64,000 nt of DNA from Candidatus Hydrogenedentota bacterium (GCA_963674865.2 CAXXYE010000009.1:768001-832000), one strand, 5' to 3'. Numbered from the stretch's first letter, positions 27,897-38,839 are shown. Numbers and translations are program-made. Notes: generated by a model not told the origin, from the letters alone.

Positions 27897-30824
27897 TCAG
27901 AATGGCCGGGTGGCGGTGAAGGTTACCGTGCCGGAGGGGCATATGACTGCGGCGTCGGATTCGACGGCCCAAGCGGATTCCTCGTCTCGGACGTTGCGCC
28001 GTGTTCGGATGAAGTTGACGCGCCAATCGGCGCCGGATTCCAAGGCGGCGTCGAAGGTGGCGCAGGGAATGGCGAGTTCGGCGCTCCAATGATCGTCGTG
28101 GATGGTTGTGGCGGCCTGCCAGCGGCCGTCCCATCCGCGATCCCATCCGCGGCTGTCATAGCGCGCGGCCAGGGGATTGACGATGAAACGGAACACCTCG
28201 TCCTCGCTTGAAACGATACGGATCTCGAAGGACTCTTCTTCCCAGAGAGGGGCGTCTTGTTGCGTGGCATTCACCACAAGCGTGCCCATGCGCGGTTCGA
28301 AGGCCGTCACGCCGACGTACAGCGCGTCGCGACCGCGGCATAGTTCTACGTGGGTGGGCGCTTCGGGGTAGGCGGAGCCGTCGGCGAGCAGGAAGCCGTC
28401 GAGTTGGGCGGCGGCCGCCCATGGCGCTTCGTCAAGGAGGCCATCGACACTGGGCGCTGTGGACACGCGGGGCCAGGTTGCCTTGGCCGTCCCCTTGAGT
28501 GCCAGCAAGCGGACCTCACGAAGGACGGCGCGCTCGGCGGGAGCGGCGGCGCGCACGCGGATGAACCGCGATGTCGGGGGCCGATCGAGTAGGATGGGTC
28601 CGCGGACGCCGCCCCGGCGTTGCGACGTCCATTCCTGGACGGCCTCAAACCTCGTGCCGTCGGCGCTTCGCTCGACAGTTATGCGGGCCGCGCCCACCGT
28701 CTCGAAGTCGATGCGGAAGAGCGGCCCCGGGCAGGATAGCAGGTCGAACACGGCTTCGGCTTCGTGTTCGTGGTCGATGTACCTCGGCGTTGCGAGGATT
28801 TCGTAGGCCCGGGCGCCCGGCGGCAGGGCGATCTCCCGAAATGGCAAGACGTAGCGGCGAAAGAGGATGGATGAGGGCACAAACAGGCGGGTGGCTTCGA
28901 TGGCATCCAGGATCCGCGACGCGCGCTCTGGGCCGGTTTCAGGATCCGGCTCGGCGACGCCTTCCACCACGTCGCGCAGCCGCGCAGGCACGCTGCTATC
29001 CTGGCTCTCCGCATACGCGGCCTCGAGTTCCAGGTACTCCGACAACAGGCGGTACAGATTCTCCGCAACATCGGCCTGTCGATTATCTTTCGGCAAACGC
29101 TCACGGACGCTATCCAGGACATCTTGGAAAGCTCTGAACTTTTCCCGCGGCGATACGCCGTCCAGAACGGCGCGATTCATCCGCCTGACAAGCGCGTCGA
29201 GCACGTCGTCGTAAGATAGATCCAGCAAGGCGGCGCCGAAGTACTGGTTGAGTCCCTCTCCCCATGCGTCAATGGGATTGCCCTTGGACCACGCCTTCTC
29301 CATGGCGAGGCGCACGTCGTCCCCAAGGGGGACGAGTATTCCTTCGGCAGCGGCGCCCGCCTCGCCCATGGCCGCGGCACAGGCGTAAACGCTCGCCGAT
29401 GCGGCGGCGGGCATGCTCAGGAAGGGGCGGCCCGTCTCGCCCGCCCACACGATGGAATCGGCCGGGCGATAGGGCCGGCCGCCGGGCATCGTGCTTGGGC
29501 GCAGACAAAGGAGGATATCGTCAGGCAAGTCGCGTTCGGCGCCCACTAGCTCGTAGCGCCGTGCATCCTGCGTCGGATCGATGGCGTTCGCCCACATTAT
29601 GAGGCGCACATCGGGATCGATGTCTTCGACAATCTCGCGGCACAGGGCGACGGAACCGACGAAGCACCCGGCATTGGTGTCGTGTCGCTCCCGGCATCGG
29701 ATGTCTTGATTCAGGCGCTCGATGTTCCCATGGCCGATGTGGATCATCTTCGGCTCGAGTACATCGATGAGTCTACCGAGGACCTGCCTCAGTGCCCGCC
29801 GCGTTTCGGGGGCGTGCGGGCAGCAGGCTGCGCTGCCGGGGGGCGCATAGCTGTAGCGAGCCGTGGCGACGGCGCCGCTGGGAATCGCCCCCTCGGGCAA
29901 GGCCCGAATGCGCCACGGGCGGCTGCTTCGGAAGGGATACTCGAGCGGCGGCCCATCCAAGATGTAATCGATGCCTCGCGCGCACGTAACACCCGAAACG
30001 CTGACCTCGACGGGGGACACATCCGGGCCGATCAGGTTGGGATGCGTCAAGGGCTGCCAGTCATTGCCGTAGAATGTCACGAGATCGACGGCGGTTCGCC
30101 CTTCGACCGCGTCGGGGCGGACACTCAACAGGGGGGCCGCGTTGCTCAACGGATCGATGAGTGGGATAGGCTCGATTTGGCGTCGGCGGGCTTCGTCGAA
30201 AAGAGCCCGCCATCTTTCGGCGCATGCTCCTTCGAGGACATAGAGTTCGGGACTCGAGAAGACAATGAGATTGCAGCGTGTCTGGGCGAGTTCGCTGAGG
30301 CGCTCCAGCGGGATCGCCCCCTCGACGAATACGCCACGCGCGTGCAGGTCGGGGTGATCGCGAATATCGACGCAGGGCAGCGACAGGCCGTACTGCCGGA
30401 TGAGCTTAACAAGTGTTTGGAGGCCGTACCAGACGCCCGGCGCATCGGCGCCTACAATGACGATACATTTCTTCGAGATCATCAGACGGTAGGACTGAGG
30501 CCTTGCCTCAGTCATGGGTGCGGCCAGCGAGCGAAGCCGGCGCTGTTGAAACGAGGCATGACGCTCCGCTTCGCCGATGTAGATGGCTGCACGGCCGGGG
30601 CGATCTTCGGCGGCATGAGCGATCTTCAGCGAGAATCCGATGGCGGCGAAGAGGTTCTCGATGCGTTGCTCCTCCTCCCGTGTCGCATCGTCGGCCACGA
30701 CAACCGGCACCGCCCGCGTTAGATCGAAGGCGCCGCTTTCCAGATCAATGGATTGCGGCTCCGGATACAACACCGGCGGGTCGGCGGCGGCCGCGAGGCT
30801 CAAGAGAATAATAAGAGGCAACAC
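27897..30824 (-). CDS. Secreted GH20-like protein (hexosaminidase N-terminal domain, degenerate TIM barrel) with C-terminal CBM9-like sugar-binding domain
   Basis: Signal peptide; P.PQ, SYRL.I, GAD..G.WYGLQTL, I.D.P....RG; C-terminal P.VDG.LDE..W, W..ESFEI, W.AELAIP, WRVNF.R. Confidence 0.75.
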   Translation of the reverse strand: MLPLIILLSLAAAADPPVLYPEPQSIDLESGAFDLTRAVPVVVADDATREEEQRIENLFAAIGFSLKIAHAAEDRPGRAAIYIGEAERHASFQQRRLRSLAAPMTEARPQSYRLMISKKCIVIVGADAPGVWYGLQTLVKLIRQYGLSLPCVDIRDHPDLHARGVFVEGAIPLERLSELAQTRCNLIVFSSPELYVLEGACAERWRALFDEARRRQIEPIPLIDPLSNAAPLLSVRPDAVEGRTAVDLVTFYGNDWQPLTHPNLIGPDVSPVEVSVSGVTCARGIDYILDGPPLEYPFRSSRPWRIRALPEGAIPSGAVATARYSYAPPGSAACCPHAPETRRALRQVLGRLIDVLEPKMIHIGHGNIERLNQDIRCRERHDTNAGCFVGSVALCREIVEDIDPDVRLIMWANAIDPTQDARRYELVGAERDLPDDILLCLRPSTMPGGRPYRPADSIVWAGETGRPFLSMPAAASASVYACAAAMGEAGAAAEGILVPLGDDVRLAMEKAWSKGNPIDAWGEGLNQYFGAALLDLSYDDVLDALVRRMNRAVLDGVSPREKFRAFQDVLDSVRERLPKDNRQADVAENLYRLLSEYLELEAAYAESQDSSVPARLRDVVEGVAEPDPETGPERASRILDAIEATRLFVPSSILFRRYVLPFREIALPPGARAYEILATPRYIDHEHEAEAVFDLLSCPGPLFRIDFETVGAARITVERSADGTRFEAVQEWTSQRRGGVRGPILLDRPPTSRFIRVRAAAPAERAVLREVRLLALKGTAKATWPRVSTAPSVDGLLDEAPWAAAAQLDGFLLADGSAYPEAPTHVELCRGRDALYVGVTAFEPRMGTLVVNATQQDAPLWEEESFEIRIVSSEDEVFRFIVNPLAARYDSRGWDRGWDGRWQAATTIHDDHWSAELAIPCATFDAALESGADWRVNFIRTRRNVRDEESAWAVESDAAVICPSGTVTFTATRPF

Positions 30825-30847
30825 AAGAACTTATCCGCGTTTGGGCT

Positions 30848-31711
30848 TCAGGTGTCTCGCTCGATGATGAATCGCGCCAGCTTGCGGAAAGGGTCGGCCA
30901 CTTCACCGAAGGGGGCAAGCGCGTCGAGCGCGGCCGCAACGGCTTCCTCAGCCAGTTCCCGGGCGCGTTCAAGCCCGACGAGGCCGGGATAAGTCGATTT
31001 GCGGTTTTCGGCGTCACTGCCGATGGGTTTGCCCAGGGCCTCCTCCGTGCCGGTGACGTCGAGAATATCGTCGGCGATTTGGAAGGCGAGGCCGATGTGA
31101 TCGCCGTAGCGGGACAAGGCTTCCAGCGGGACCTCGTCGGCGCCGGCCAGGAGTGCGCCGCATCGCACCGACGCCCGGATCAGCGCACCCGTCTTACAGG
31201 CATGGAGCCGCCGCAATTCGGGCAGCGCCAGTTCTTGGCCTTCGCTCTGGAGGTCGATTACCTGGCCGCCGACCATGCCCTCGGCTCCAGCGGCGCTGGC
31301 CAACTCGTGGATTACGCGCGCGTCGCCGGCCTCGGCCACCACCTCGAAGGCCATGGTGAGCAGTGCGTCGCCCGCTAGGATGGCGATGCCTTCGCCAACT
31401 ACCTTGTGGAGCGTTGGCTTGCCGCGGCGGAGGTCGTCGTCATCCATGGCAGGGAGGTCATCGTGGATCAAGGAGTAGGTGTGGATCATTTCGAGGGCGC
31501 ATGCCGCGGGCAAAGCGGCCGCGTCGTCGCCGGACACGATGTCCGCGGCGCCGAGGGCCAGCGCGGGCCTGAGCCGTTTCCCCCCAGCGAAGAGGCTGTA
31601 TCGTATCGCCTCGCGCAGCGTCTCGGGGATGTCGGGCCGGCCCGCCAGGTACGCTTCGAGGGCGTCTTCGGCCGTTCGGCCTTTATCGGCGAGAAATTCC
31701 AGCGCCGTCAT
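30848..31711 (-). CDS. ispA: Farnesyl/geranylgeranyl diphosphate synthase
   Basis: GGKRLRP, HDDLPAMDDDDLRRGKPT, GQ.ID, KTG, FQIADDILD. Confidence 0.95.
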   Translation of the reverse strand: MTALEFLADKGRTAEDALEAYLAGRPDIPETLREAIRYSLFAGGKRLRPALALGAADIVSGDDAAALPAACALEMIHTYSLIHDDLPAMDDDDLRRGKPTLHKVVGEGIAILAGDALLTMAFEVVAEAGDARVIHELASAAGAEGMVGGQVIDLQSEGQELALPELRRLHACKTGALIRASVRCGALLAGADEVPLEALSRYGDHIGLAFQIADDILDVTGTEEALGKPIGSDAENRKSTYPGLVGLERARELAEEAVAAALDALAPFGEVADPFRKLARFIIERDT

Positions 31712-32016
31712 CAAAACAGCATCTCGCCTTCTGCTTCGTCCCCCTCCTCATCCTCCTCGTCCTCTTCATCGTCGGAATCGCCTTCTTCCTGCTCTTCCTC
31801 GCCAAAGGGCTGGGCTTCGAGTTTTCCCTCGCTATTCTTGGTGAGGACTTCGAGTTTCTTCTCAGCGTCGGTGAGCGCTTTTTCGCACCGCCGCGACAGC
31901 TTGATCCCCTCCTCGAACTTCTTCAAGGATTCGTCTAGAGATAGGTTCCCCTCTTCAAGGGCTTCGACGATCTTTTCGAGTTTCTCGAGATCTTTCTCGA
32001 ATTTCGGTTCAGGCAT
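31711..32016 (-). CDS. xseB: Exodeoxyribonuclease VII small subunit with long acidic tail
   Basis: FE..L..LE.IV..LE.G.LSLDESL..FEEG..L...C...L..AE; lies between xseA and ispA. Confidence 0.93.
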   Translation of the reverse strand: MPEPKFEKDLEKLEKIVEALEEGNLSLDESLKKFEEGIKLSRRCEKALTDAEKKLEVLTKNSEGKLEAQPFGEEEQEEGDSDDEEDEEDEEGDEAEGEMLF

Positions 32017-33361
32017 CGCTGTCTTCCTCAATGTGTTTGACGGCGGCCGTGGCGCCGCCCTTGCCGAATCTGAGCACGATTTCGTCATCGGGCGCAAGTT
32101 GATGCGCGCCGCGGACGAGTTCTCGCTGGGGGAGCTTCCAGGCCAAGGCATATCCGCGGTCGAGAATAGCCATGGGGCTGAGCGCATGAAGGCGGGCCGT
32201 GGCGGGATGGAGCTTGGCCCGTACGCGCTCGACCACCGCCGTGCCGGCATGCACCAAACGGCGGCGGGAAGCTACCCATGCCTCCCAGGCGCGGGCCACC
32301 TTGTTCCTTGGCGAGAGCAGCGTCAAGCCGCGGGACAATTGATCGAGCCGGGCGCGCGTGCCGCGTACCTCCTCCGTTACCTGGCCTTGCAGCCTCATCC
32401 GGAGTTCATCGGCCTGCTGACGGCGCTGCCGCACCAGTTCCTGCGGACGCTGGAAAACGAAGCTCGACCGCGCTAGAGACAGGCGACTCCGAACCTGCTC
32501 GACGCGGCGTGCCGTCGCCCGCAACAGGTGCTGCTTGATCTGGGCCAGCGAGTTGAGGAGCACTTCGCGCTCCTTGACCACCAGTTCCGCGGCGGCAGAG
32601 GGCGTCGGGGCGCGCATATCGGCGGCGAAATCCGTAAGGGCGAAATCGATCTCGTGCCCCACGGCGGAAATGATGGGCGTATTCACTCCGTACACCGCGC
32701 GGACGACGATCTCTTCGTTGAACGGCCACAAGTCTTCGAGCGAGCCGCCGCCCCGGCCAATGATGATCACGTCCACGCCCCACGCATCGAGCGCGCGAAT
32801 ACCTTCCACGATTTCCTCGGCGGCCTCATCGCCCTGGACACGGGCCGGGCAGAGAATGACGTGGACATTGGCGAACCGGCGGCCGATCACGTTCAGGATA
32901 TCGCGGATAGCGGCGCCGGTGGGCGAGGTGACGATGCCGATCCTGCGCGGCAGGAGCGGGAGGGGCTTCTTGTGTGCCTCGTCGAAGAGGCCCTCGTCCT
33001 GAAGCTTTTTTTTCAGTTTTTCGAAGGCCAGTTGAAGGGCGCCCATGCCTTTGGGCTGCATGTCTTCGCAGATGATCTGGTAGTTGCCGCGTTTTTCGTA
33101 CACGGTGACGAGGCCGTGGACAAGCACCTCAAGGCCGCTTTCCGGCCCGAAGCGCAGTTGCATGAGCTTGCCGCGAAACATCACGGCGTCAAGCTGGCTG
33201 TGCTTATCCTTCAGCGTGAAATAGGCATGGCCCGCCGGGGAGACGCGGAAGTTGGAGATCTCACCCTCGACCCAGATGTAGCTGATCTCGGTTTCGAGGA
33301 GTGACTTGACGCGTCGCGTCAATTGGCTGACTGACAGGATCTCCGCTTGATCGATGGGCAT
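32009..33361 (-). CDS. xseA: Exodeoxyribonuclease VII large subunit
   Basis: WVEGEISN, GH.YFTLKD, TSPTGAAIRD, RGGGSLEDLW.FNEE, SAVGHE.D, RAPTPSAAAE, LSP...L.RGY. Confidence 0.97.
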   Translation of the reverse strand: MPIDQAEILSVSQLTRRVKSLLETEISYIWVEGEISNFRVSPAGHAYFTLKDKHSQLDAVMFRGKLMQLRFGPESGLEVLVHGLVTVYEKRGNYQIICEDMQPKGMGALQLAFEKLKKKLQDEGLFDEAHKKPLPLLPRRIGIVTSPTGAAIRDILNVIGRRFANVHVILCPARVQGDEAAEEIVEGIRALDAWGVDVIIIGRGGGSLEDLWPFNEEIVVRAVYGVNTPIISAVGHEIDFALTDFAADMRAPTPSAAAELVVKEREVLLNSLAQIKQHLLRATARRVEQVRSRLSLARSSFVFQRPQELVRQRRQQADELRMRLQGQVTEEVRGTRARLDQLSRGLTLLSPRNKVARAWEAWVASRRRLVHAGTAVVERVRAKLHPATARLHALSPMAILDRGYALAWKLPQRELVRGAHQLAPDDEIVLRFGKGGATAAVKHIEEDSDA

Positions 33362-33458
33362 GGTATTGGCTCGTTTTCTCCCGCTTGCGCGAGGGATATT
33401 GTAGCGTATTCGCGGGCCTTGCGCACGCTGGACAGGCGTCAGGGAACTAACCTGGATG

Positions 33459-33483
33459 TCTCACGCGTAGTTATCTGCGGCCC
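33459..33483. repeat. Dispersed 25-bp intergenic repeat, copy 1
   Basis: TCTCACGCGTAGTTATCTGCGGCCC is 23/25 identical to 41513-41537. Confidence 0.75.
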
Positions 33484-33484
33484 G

Positions 33485-34801
33485 CTAAAGGGGGGCGACG
33501 CGCATGCCGTCATCGAGTTCGTTCTTAGGCTCGGCGACGAGCGTGTCCCCGGCCTGCACTCCTTCAAGGATTTCGGCCCAGTCGTCATTGCGCAGGCCCA
33601 CTTTCACGGGAGTCAGCTTGGCGTGGCCGTCATGCACGAGGAAGACGGCCCACTGCCCCTCATGGCGGAAGGTGGCGCGCTCGGGCACGGCCAAGGTGTC
33701 GGTGTTTTCTGCAGTGATGACGCGAATGTCGACGCTCGTGCCGGGACGCAGTTGGAGTCGGCTGTTGTCGAAGTCCACGAGGATTTTGACGCGCTGTTGC
33801 TCGATGCCCAGGGCGGAGATCTTCTCGAAGCCGGAGGGATAGATGCGCTTGACGGTTCCCATAATCATCTCGCCGCCGAGGGCCTTGCCGGTGATCTCGA
33901 CGGGATCGTCGACGTTGATGGTTACGACCTCCTCGGACAGAATATCGCTCTCGATCTCGATGGTGGCGAGGTCGCCCAGTTCGAGGAGTGGCGAGCCACT
34001 GAGCAACACGCGGCGATCCTCGACACTCTTCGCCAGAACCAGGCCCGTTACGGGGGCGGTGATGGCGGTCTTGGCCAGGTCGTTCTGGACGATCTTCTTG
34101 CGCGCTTCGAGGCTTTCGATCTCGGCCAAGTACACGTCACGCAAGTACTCGTTATCGTCCACGGAGCCGGAGATCCGCTGCAGGGCCAGCCCGGCGCGTT
34201 CAAGAGTCTTCTTCGCGGCCTGTTCGGCTAGTCCGGCGCGCTTGAGGTTCTCGTTGGCCGCCTTATAGCGGCGCTCGGCTGTGTCGAACTGGGCTTGGCT
34301 GACGACACCGTCTTTGCGGAGTTGAACGAGGCGATCATAATCGCGTTTGGTGTCGGCCTGCTCGATGGCAGCGATACTCCGCTCTTTCTGCGCGATGGCC
34401 AGGCCATCCTTCATTTCCTGCACTTTTACGTCGGCGTCATCGATGTCCTCAGGTTTAGGTTTGCTCGTATCGACGCCCTGGATGCGCGCCCGCGCCTGGG
34501 CAATAGCCGCGTCCATCTCCCGGATCTGCTGTTCAAGATCAAAGGGGTCAACACGGGCAACGACTTGGCCTTGCTCGACGCGATCTCCGATATCGAGCTG
34601 GATCCGCTCGACCGTCCCGCTTACCGGCATGTCAATGAGGTACGTATCCGCCAGCCGAGTTTCGGCATCTTCGGAGACGTATTGCTTCACCGTGCGGGTT
34701 GAGACTTCCGTCATGTTGACGAGCAGAGGCTGAGGCCGGAGGGCCACGGCGGCGATCACTACTATGGCCAGCGCGCCGGCGATGATGATTACGCGTTTCA
34801 C
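33485..34801 (-). CDS. Periplasmic adaptor/membrane fusion protein (HlyD/MacA family)
   Basis: Signal anchor, MPVSG.V lipoyl half, long coiled coil, I.APV.G.V, ISALGIEQQRV, V.VGLRN...EI..G...GD. Confidence 0.9.
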   Translation of the reverse strand: MKRVIIIAGALAIVVIAAVALRPQPLLVNMTEVSTRTVKQYVSEDAETRLADTYLIDMPVSGTVERIQLDIGDRVEQGQVVARVDPFDLEQQIREMDAAIAQARARIQGVDTSKPKPEDIDDADVKVQEMKDGLAIAQKERSIAAIEQADTKRDYDRLVQLRKDGVVSQAQFDTAERRYKAANENLKRAGLAEQAAKKTLERAGLALQRISGSVDDNEYLRDVYLAEIESLEARKKIVQNDLAKTAITAPVTGLVLAKSVEDRRVLLSGSPLLELGDLATIEIESDILSEEVVTINVDDPVEITGKALGGEMIMGTVKRIYPSGFEKISALGIEQQRVKILVDFDNSRLQLRPGTSVDIRVITAENTDTLAVPERATFRHEGQWAVFLVHDGHAKLTPVKVGLRNDDWAEILEGVQAGDTLVAEPKNELDDGMRVAPL

Positions 34802-34814
34802 GATGTATTGTCTC

Positions 34815-37187
34815 CTATTCGCGTGCTTTCAGTACCTCGACCATGTCGAGCCGGTTGATCTTGCGCCGCGCCGCTAGGTTGGCCAGGATGACGAAAGCGA
34901 TTGTCAGAACGCCGGTGAGGAGCAGGGTCCTGCGTTCGATGTGAAACGGCATGCGATACAACTCCGTGTCGTAGGCTTTGACGAGGAGCTTACACATGGC
35001 GAGGCCGAAGGGGAAGCCAAGAAGAAGTCCGAGGCCGGACAAGAGGAAATTCTCGTTGTAAAGGATGCTCGCGACCTCGGGCGCGGTGAAGCCCATGACG
35101 CGCAGCGAGGCCAACTCACGTTGGCGTTCGGCGAGGCTTACGATGGTTGCGTTGTAGATGATAGCAAAGGCAATGACGCCGGCGAATACGGCAAGAATCG
35201 AGTTGGATATGTTCATGGATTCGGCCATCGTAGCCAGAATGTTGGCGTAGGTGTCTTCCTTTATCTCGACGGCGGCGACACCGGGTATGTCCTTGAGATC
35301 GCGGCTGAGTTTGCGGGCGGCTCCGGGGTCCGTGCGGACGAGTGCGGCATTCATGGCGAAGGGTTCGTCCAGAATACGGCTGAGTGCCTCGAGATCCATG
35401 TAGGCGCCTATTCCGAAGTATTGTCGGGCAACTTGACGGACGGGTACGCGCACCTCCTTCGTGACACGGCCCATCAGGGGCTTGAGCGTGACGACACTAC
35501 CGGCCTTAACACCCAGATCCTCAGCGACCTTTTCGGAGAGAACGAGGCCCCTCTCGCCCAGCACGATGGGGCGTTCCTGATCATCAAGAAGCGTCATCAG
35601 TTGGCTGCCGGGCGTCAATCCGATGATGCCGACGTCCTTGGTTCGCCATTCGGAACTCACCTTGAAGGGATACTGGAGGAGCGGCTCCGCCCGGCGCACG
35701 GCGTCGAAGCGCGCAATATCGCGGAGGGCGCCCCGATCCCGCTCGGACTCGAGGGCGATCTTCACGTCCTCCTTCTGGATCTCCCTGTATTGAAAGCTGA
35801 GCATGTAGCCGACGGCGTCCATCGAGAAGAAGCCGATGAGCATGATCCCCGAGGACACCATGACGCCAAAGGCGGTGATCCCGGCACGCACACGGTATCG
35901 GGAGATGTTCCGGATGATCATTTTCCAGGTGAACGAGAGGCGTCGCCAGATGAAAGTGGCGCGTTCGAGCGCCGTCCGGTGGGCGTACTTGGGCGTCTGC
36001 GGCCGCATCGCCATGGCGGGGTGGATCTTGGCGGCCTTTCGCGCCGCTCCGACGGCGCCGACGATGGCAAAGGCGATGGCGATCCCCATGGAGCGGGCAA
36101 GAATATCGGGATAGATGCGGCTCCTCAGGATAGGGAACTTATAGAACTGAACATACATTCGGATCATGGCATTTGCCAGCCACTGGCCGACGACGCATCC
36201 GCCCAAACATCCGATGAGCGTGATGATCAACGCGTACTTGACGTAGTGGCTCGTAATCGCCGTGTTGGAATAGCCGCTGGCCTTGAGGAGGCCTATCTGA
36301 GTGCGCTCCTGGCGAACCATGCGGTTGAGCATCACCATCAGGATCAGGGCGGCTATGCCTAGGAAGATGGCCGGGGTGATCCGGGCGGAGACCTCGAGGC
36401 CCTTGATCTCGTCGGAGAGGAAGCGGTGGGAGATCTGATCTTCGCGCTTAACGGTGGCGAAGACGCCATAGGGGTCGAGGCGGCGATCGGCCCGATCGAG
36501 CATCTCGTCGAGGTCGTCCGGGGCATTTACCAGGCCCACGATGTTATTGCAGGCGCCCGTCATGTCGAAAGCCATTTCCGCGAAGGACTGGGACACCCAG
36601 AGGATGCCGAAGCGCTCGGGATTGGGCACGACCTCCTGAGCATTGCGGATCATGTAGACGTACTCGGGGGATAGCGCCGTGCCGATGATGCGTAGGCTGT
36701 GTTTCTTGTTGTCGATGAGCGCCTTGAAGCGATCGCCGATGGTTAGGTGGTTGGCGTCGGCAAAGGTGGTGCTGATGATGACCTCGTTGGCGCCTTCCCC
36801 GTCGAAATACCTCCCGGAGGCAAGGTGGATGTCGTTAAGCACGCCCTCGTGCCGGTCGGGAAGGGAAATGATGCGCCCGATACGCGGCTCTTCCTGGCCG
36901 ACGAGGTCCAGCGTCACTTCCTCGACTATACGCCCCTGGACGCGCCGGACGCCGGGCAGGTTCTCGAGTTTGAGCGCCGCGGTCAGGGGCGCCCGCTCGA
37001 GCATGACCTCGAAGTCGGCAAACTCGTATTCCGTGTAGTAGGTGTCGCGAGTGAGGAGCAGGTTCCGGTGGGCCGCCGCCAGGGCGATGTAGCTGGCCGT
37101 GCCGCAGAGGACCACCATGGCCACGGCGATGGTTTGGCCGCGCGCGCCGATGATGCCGCGGAAGAGCTTCTTGTCGAGTACTTTCAT
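34815..37187 (-). CDS. FtsX/MacB-type ABC permease (duplicated)
   Basis: Two halves carrying ERTQIGLLKASGY and ERQRELASLRVMGF motifs with periplasmic loops. Confidence 0.92.
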   Translation of the reverse strand: MKVLDKKLFRGIIGARGQTIAVAMVVLCGTASYIALAAAHRNLLLTRDTYYTEYEFADFEVMLERAPLTAALKLENLPGVRRVQGRIVEEVTLDLVGQEEPRIGRIISLPDRHEGVLNDIHLASGRYFDGEGANEVIISTTFADANHLTIGDRFKALIDNKKHSLRIIGTALSPEYVYMIRNAQEVVPNPERFGILWVSQSFAEMAFDMTGACNNIVGLVNAPDDLDEMLDRADRRLDPYGVFATVKREDQISHRFLSDEIKGLEVSARITPAIFLGIAALILMVMLNRMVRQERTQIGLLKASGYSNTAITSHYVKYALIITLIGCLGGCVVGQWLANAMIRMYVQFYKFPILRSRIYPDILARSMGIAIAFAIVGAVGAARKAAKIHPAMAMRPQTPKYAHRTALERATFIWRRLSFTWKMIIRNISRYRVRAGITAFGVMVSSGIMLIGFFSMDAVGYMLSFQYREIQKEDVKIALESERDRGALRDIARFDAVRRAEPLLQYPFKVSSEWRTKDVGIIGLTPGSQLMTLLDDQERPIVLGERGLVLSEKVAEDLGVKAGSVVTLKPLMGRVTKEVRVPVRQVARQYFGIGAYMDLEALSRILDEPFAMNAALVRTDPGAARKLSRDLKDIPGVAAVEIKEDTYANILATMAESMNISNSILAVFAGVIAFAIIYNATIVSLAERQRELASLRVMGFTAPEVASILYNENFLLSGLGLLLGFPFGLAMCKLLVKAYDTELYRMPFHIERRTLLLTGVLTIAFVILANLAARRKINRLDMVEVLKARE

Positions 37188-37236
37188 GGTGCTTCTTGTT
37201 GGAGTCCGCCCCGCTTTATTCCGGAAGGTCTCCTCG

Positions 37237-37977
<741 letters not shown>

Positions 37978-37981
37978 GGCT

Positions 37982-38575
37982 CTATACCTCCAGCATCTCA
38001 AGGAGCGCGTTGGCAATCGCATTCCAGTTTACCGTATCACGTTCGCCATCGGGAATGCCGTGCGCGGCCAACAGCGTGCCGTCAATCATCGCTTGGATGT
38101 GCCAGGCGAGGGGCTCAACCGAAATGTGCCGGAATGCGCCCATCGCCATCCCGCGGTTAAGCAGGGCGCGTACGGTGGCGCCGATGGCCTCGCGCACCTC
38201 TTTGGCCGCGGCGGCCAGTGCCGGATCGCGCCCGGCCATGGCAAGGCAATCAACGTAGACCCGGAGGAGATCCCGTCGGGCTGTGGCCAAGCGTCCTATG
38301 CTGACGAGTACGGCGCGCAGTCCGTCTGCCGGCCTCCTCTCGACCTGATCCTCCCTCGATATGGCCGCCAGGACCTGGTCGTGCCATTGGGCGACGAGGG
38401 CCGTGAACAGTGTCTGTTTGCTCTTGAAATGCCAATACAGAGCCCCCTTGCTCAGACAGCTTTCCTGGACGACGACGTCCATGGTCGTCTGATGGTAGCC
38501 TGAGCGCGCGAAGCAGCGGGCAGCGGCTTCGAGGATTTCGGCTTTTCTGAGTTCTTTGGGCTGATGATGGGACAT
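37982..38575 (-). CDS. TetR/AcrR family transcriptional regulator
   Basis: N-terminal HTH ILEAA..CF...GY..TT...V.....[13 protein letters not shown]; first gene of the efflux operon. Confidence 0.93.
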   Translation of the reverse strand: MSHHQPKELRKAEILEAAARCFARSGYHQTTMDVVVQESCLSKGALYWHFKSKQTLFTALVAQWHDQVLAAISREDQVERRPADGLRAVLVSIGRLATARRDLLRVYVDCLAMAGRDPALAAAAKEVREAIGATVRALLNRGMAMGAFRHISVEPLAWHIQAMIDGTLLAAHGIPDGERDTVNWNAIANALLEMLEV

Positions 38576-38585
38576 TTCTATCTAA

Positions 38586-38635
38586 ACCGACCAGTCAGTC
38601 TATTAAATTTTAGCATTTAACATATATTATGTCAA
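38586..38635 (-). promoter_or_regulatory. Sigma70 promoter with adjacent TetR-type operator
   Basis: Minus strand TTGACA-N17-TAAAAT (38635-38607), followed by the imperfect palindrome ACTGACTGGTCGGT (38599-38586) at the predicted start site. Confidence 0.8.
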
Positions 38636-38839
38636 TATATGTTGCGCCCATATCAACGCTTGTCTTTTTCCCTTCTCTGTCCATACAAGGGTGGCGCGAC
38701 GCTATTCGTCCCTCCTTTCCTGGCGGGATGGCTCAACCGGGGGCAACGGTGGGCCGCATGGCGGCTTGACGGCAGACGTGCAAGAGCGCCCGAGGCTCGG
38801 CTGGTTCTATCCCGACGGGACTTGTCGGCCGCTCTGGTT

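Noticed and set aside
31720..31805. Low-complexity TCC/TCG-rich tract as a possible tandem repeat or CRISPR-like array
   Set aside because: It is simply the Glu/Asp codons of the XseB tail; no repeat-spacer structure was seen here or elsewhere in the window.
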